DNA of 52,991 nt from a virus. The notes below the pieces were generated by a model. That model saw only the letters and a list, made by a program, of their open reading frames with translations, did no database searches and was not told where the DNA came from. The position numbers and the translations under genes were made by a program. The stretch spans positions 1-52,991 of IMG/VR virus record IMGVR_UViG_3300011896_000001; one strand, given 5' to 3'. Of the stretch, positions 51,738-52,991 are shown piece by piece. Position 1 is the first letter of the stretch, and each line of letters starts with the position of its first letter.

Positions 51738-51955
51738 GCTCCTAACCCCATTGGACGAGATTTAATTTTGTTTTTATCCGCCTGATCCATGATTAGTGCC
51801 GCAACTTCTAATTGATGTCTGCCCATCTCTACTGCAATTTCAATGATGTTTTTGCCCTCTTTCCACATTTCTTGAAGCCTAATAACTTCACTTTCATCAA
51901 ATACAAGGTCCAGCTCTTCTAAAGCGATATACATGTTACGACGCGAGTTCTTCAT
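51734..51955 (-). CDS. Hypothetical protein, about 73 aa from MKNSRRN.
   Basis: Track ORF 51734..52021. An AGAGGAAG RBS lies before the ATG at 51955, which removes most of the overlap with the upstream gene. Confidence 0.5.
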   Translation of the reverse strand: MKNSRRNMYIALEELDLVFDESEVIRLQEMWKEGKNIIEIAVEMGRHQLEVAALIMDQADKNKIKSRPMGLGA

Positions 51956-52199
51956 GTACTTCCTCTGTTGCGCTGCTATTGTGTAATTCTCCATTTCCAT
52001 TTCCGTTCCAAGTCTCGCCATCCCATTTCCCCTCCATTTGTAATTGATGAATTGCTCTTAATCTCGCCATAACGGCATGACGCTTTCTATCTACTTCCTC
52101 AGGCGTTTGATTCGCCGCCTCGCAAACGCATGGTCCAAATTGATATATACCCGTTCCAATGTCATTCTGAATTACTCCTGTTCCGTTACATGCACACAT
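51936..52199 (-). CDS. Small Cys-motif protein, 87 aa (N-terminal CxCxGxG...CxC).
   Basis: Track ORF; MCACNGTGVIQNDIGTGIYQFGPCVCE. Confidence 0.55.
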   Translation of the reverse strand: MCACNGTGVIQNDIGTGIYQFGPCVCEAANQTPEEVDRKRHAVMARLRAIHQLQMEGKWDGETWNGNGNGELHNSSATEEVHEELAS

Positions 52200-52217
52200 C
52201 TTAATTCCCCCTTTTAT

Positions 52218-52991
52218 TTATGCCGTTCTATAACTAACTCCCTTAACTTGGTACAAGTATTTCTTGCTCATTCCATACAAACGATCAGCTGCCGCAAATC
52301 CTATTTTGTCTTCCAATGTGTCTAAGTCTTCATTGCTTGTATACCAAATCGGTAAATTCCGTAAGTATCGTTCATTAATAATCTTGTAATACATATCCTC
52401 TTTGAACTCGCTGTACTTCGATTTTGCTATGTCATCCCACACAAGAATGTCACAAGTGCATAAGTCATGAAGTAATTCGTTTAATCGCTTTTTATTGTCA
52501 TTTAGGAACGCTGCATTTTGTATTTCAGCCATAATATTCACATCCTGAACACATAACACTCGTATCCCTCTTAAACGCCCTGTACGCTCATCTACGACCT
52601 TGAATTTATTCAAAGCGTATTTAGCTGCTGCTATTTGTAAATGAGTCTTACCTAATCCATACGAGTTGTTTTCCTGACGCATTTTGTTTCGTTCTCCTGG
52701 AGGCAAACTTTTTAATCTCGTTTCACCAACTGACGCAATAAAACCGATACTATTCATCTTTGAATCTCTAATTTCGTTAAAGACTTTCAAATACTCGATC
52801 ATAGCATCATATAAAACTTTCTGCACTTCTGCTTCTCTTATGTAGTTATCGAATCGTGCATTTTCAAACTCAGATGGAATCATTGCGTACTTGAAACGAG
52901 ATTTTAGACTTTTCCGTTCTAAGCATTCACATTCGATAGCAACATCAACATATTTTCCTTTTAGAAATTCAGATGGCTCTTTAATGAATGT
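52218..52991 (-). CDS. DnaC/DnaI (IstB-like AAA+) helicase loader. The 3' part is shown here; the ORF runs through the terminal duplication and its 5' end is at 108..257.
   Basis: Walker A is NSYGLGKTHL and Walker B is ILVWDDIAKS. My translation of 52884-52991 is stop-free in the same frame. Confidence 0.85.
   Translation of the reverse strand, partial: TFIKEPSEFLKGKYVDVAIECECLERKSLKSRFKYAMIPSEFENARFDNYIREAEVQKVLYDAMIEYLKVFNEIRDSKMNSIGFIASVGETRLKSLPPGERNKMRQENNSYGLGKTHLQIAAAKYALNKFKVVDERTGRLRGIRVLCVQDVNIMAEIQNAAFLNDNKKRLNELLHDLCTCDILVWDDIAKSKYSEFKEDMYYKIINERYLRNLPIWYTSNEDLDTLEDKIGFAAADRLYGMSKKYLYQVKGVSYRTA
52885..52991. repeat. Second copy of the terminal duplication, identical to 1-107.
   Basis: Exact 107/107 identity, read directly. 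Confidence 0.95.

Noticed and set aside
1-52991. Integrase, recombinase or attP.
   Set aside because: None of the ORFs shows tyrosine-recombinase (R..H..R..Y) or serine-recombinase motifs. Their absence is treated as evidence for plasmid-prophage maintenance rather than as an oversight, but a search with profile HMMs should confirm it.

Overview
This window is a complete temperate siphovirus-type Bacillus cereus-group phage genome, about 35% GC. Bases 1-107 are identical to 52885-52991, so it is a circular or circularly permuted molecule with 52,884 bp of unique sequence. Almost the whole lytic programme runs on the minus strand around the circle. The order is a Cro-like gene and antirepressor at about 4.4 kb, then Erf, a DnaD-type initiator and a DnaC-like loader that spans the junction. 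These are followed by about 8 kb of small early genes (52.2-44.8 kb) and ArpU at 44.5 kb. The structural block comes next: terS, terL, portal, MuF, XkdF-type protease/scaffold, capsid, connectors, tail, tape measure, Dit, Tal and BppU-type fibres (41.2-20.3 kb). Holin and a PlyG-like amidase close the programme at 18.7-17.4 kb. I found no integrase or recombinase. Instead, 4.6-17.3 kb is a lysogeny and maintenance island. It holds a CI/Cro switch with GTTCAC-N5-GTGAAC operators and an arbitrium-like receptor / 48-aa pro-peptide / 49-aa ORF module. It also holds an XRE-TM2 cassette, a 330-bp MITE-like element and a degenerate LAGLIDADG-like ORF. A ParA gene with two paralogous RHH-like genes is bracketed by inverted arrays of phased 8-bp repeats. 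An operon encoding MerR, two membrane proteins, a Replic_Relax protein and an FtsK-like ATPase completes the island. This implies an extrachromosomal plasmid-prophage lifestyle. The most unusual content is non-coding: three GC-enriched ORF-free tracts with minus-strand-specific helices (2.78-2.96 kb, 9.85-11.1 kb, 43.2-44.1 kb), the last ending in its own intrinsic terminator. There are also several complete plus-strand promoter-to-terminator mini transcription units antisense to the lytic operons (2.7 kb, 10.7-11.1 kb and two in tandem at 41.5-41.7 kb). A roughly 30-nt motif recurs in nine consecutive intercistronic gaps of the early region. All functional calls come from reading motifs by eye; no database search was possible.
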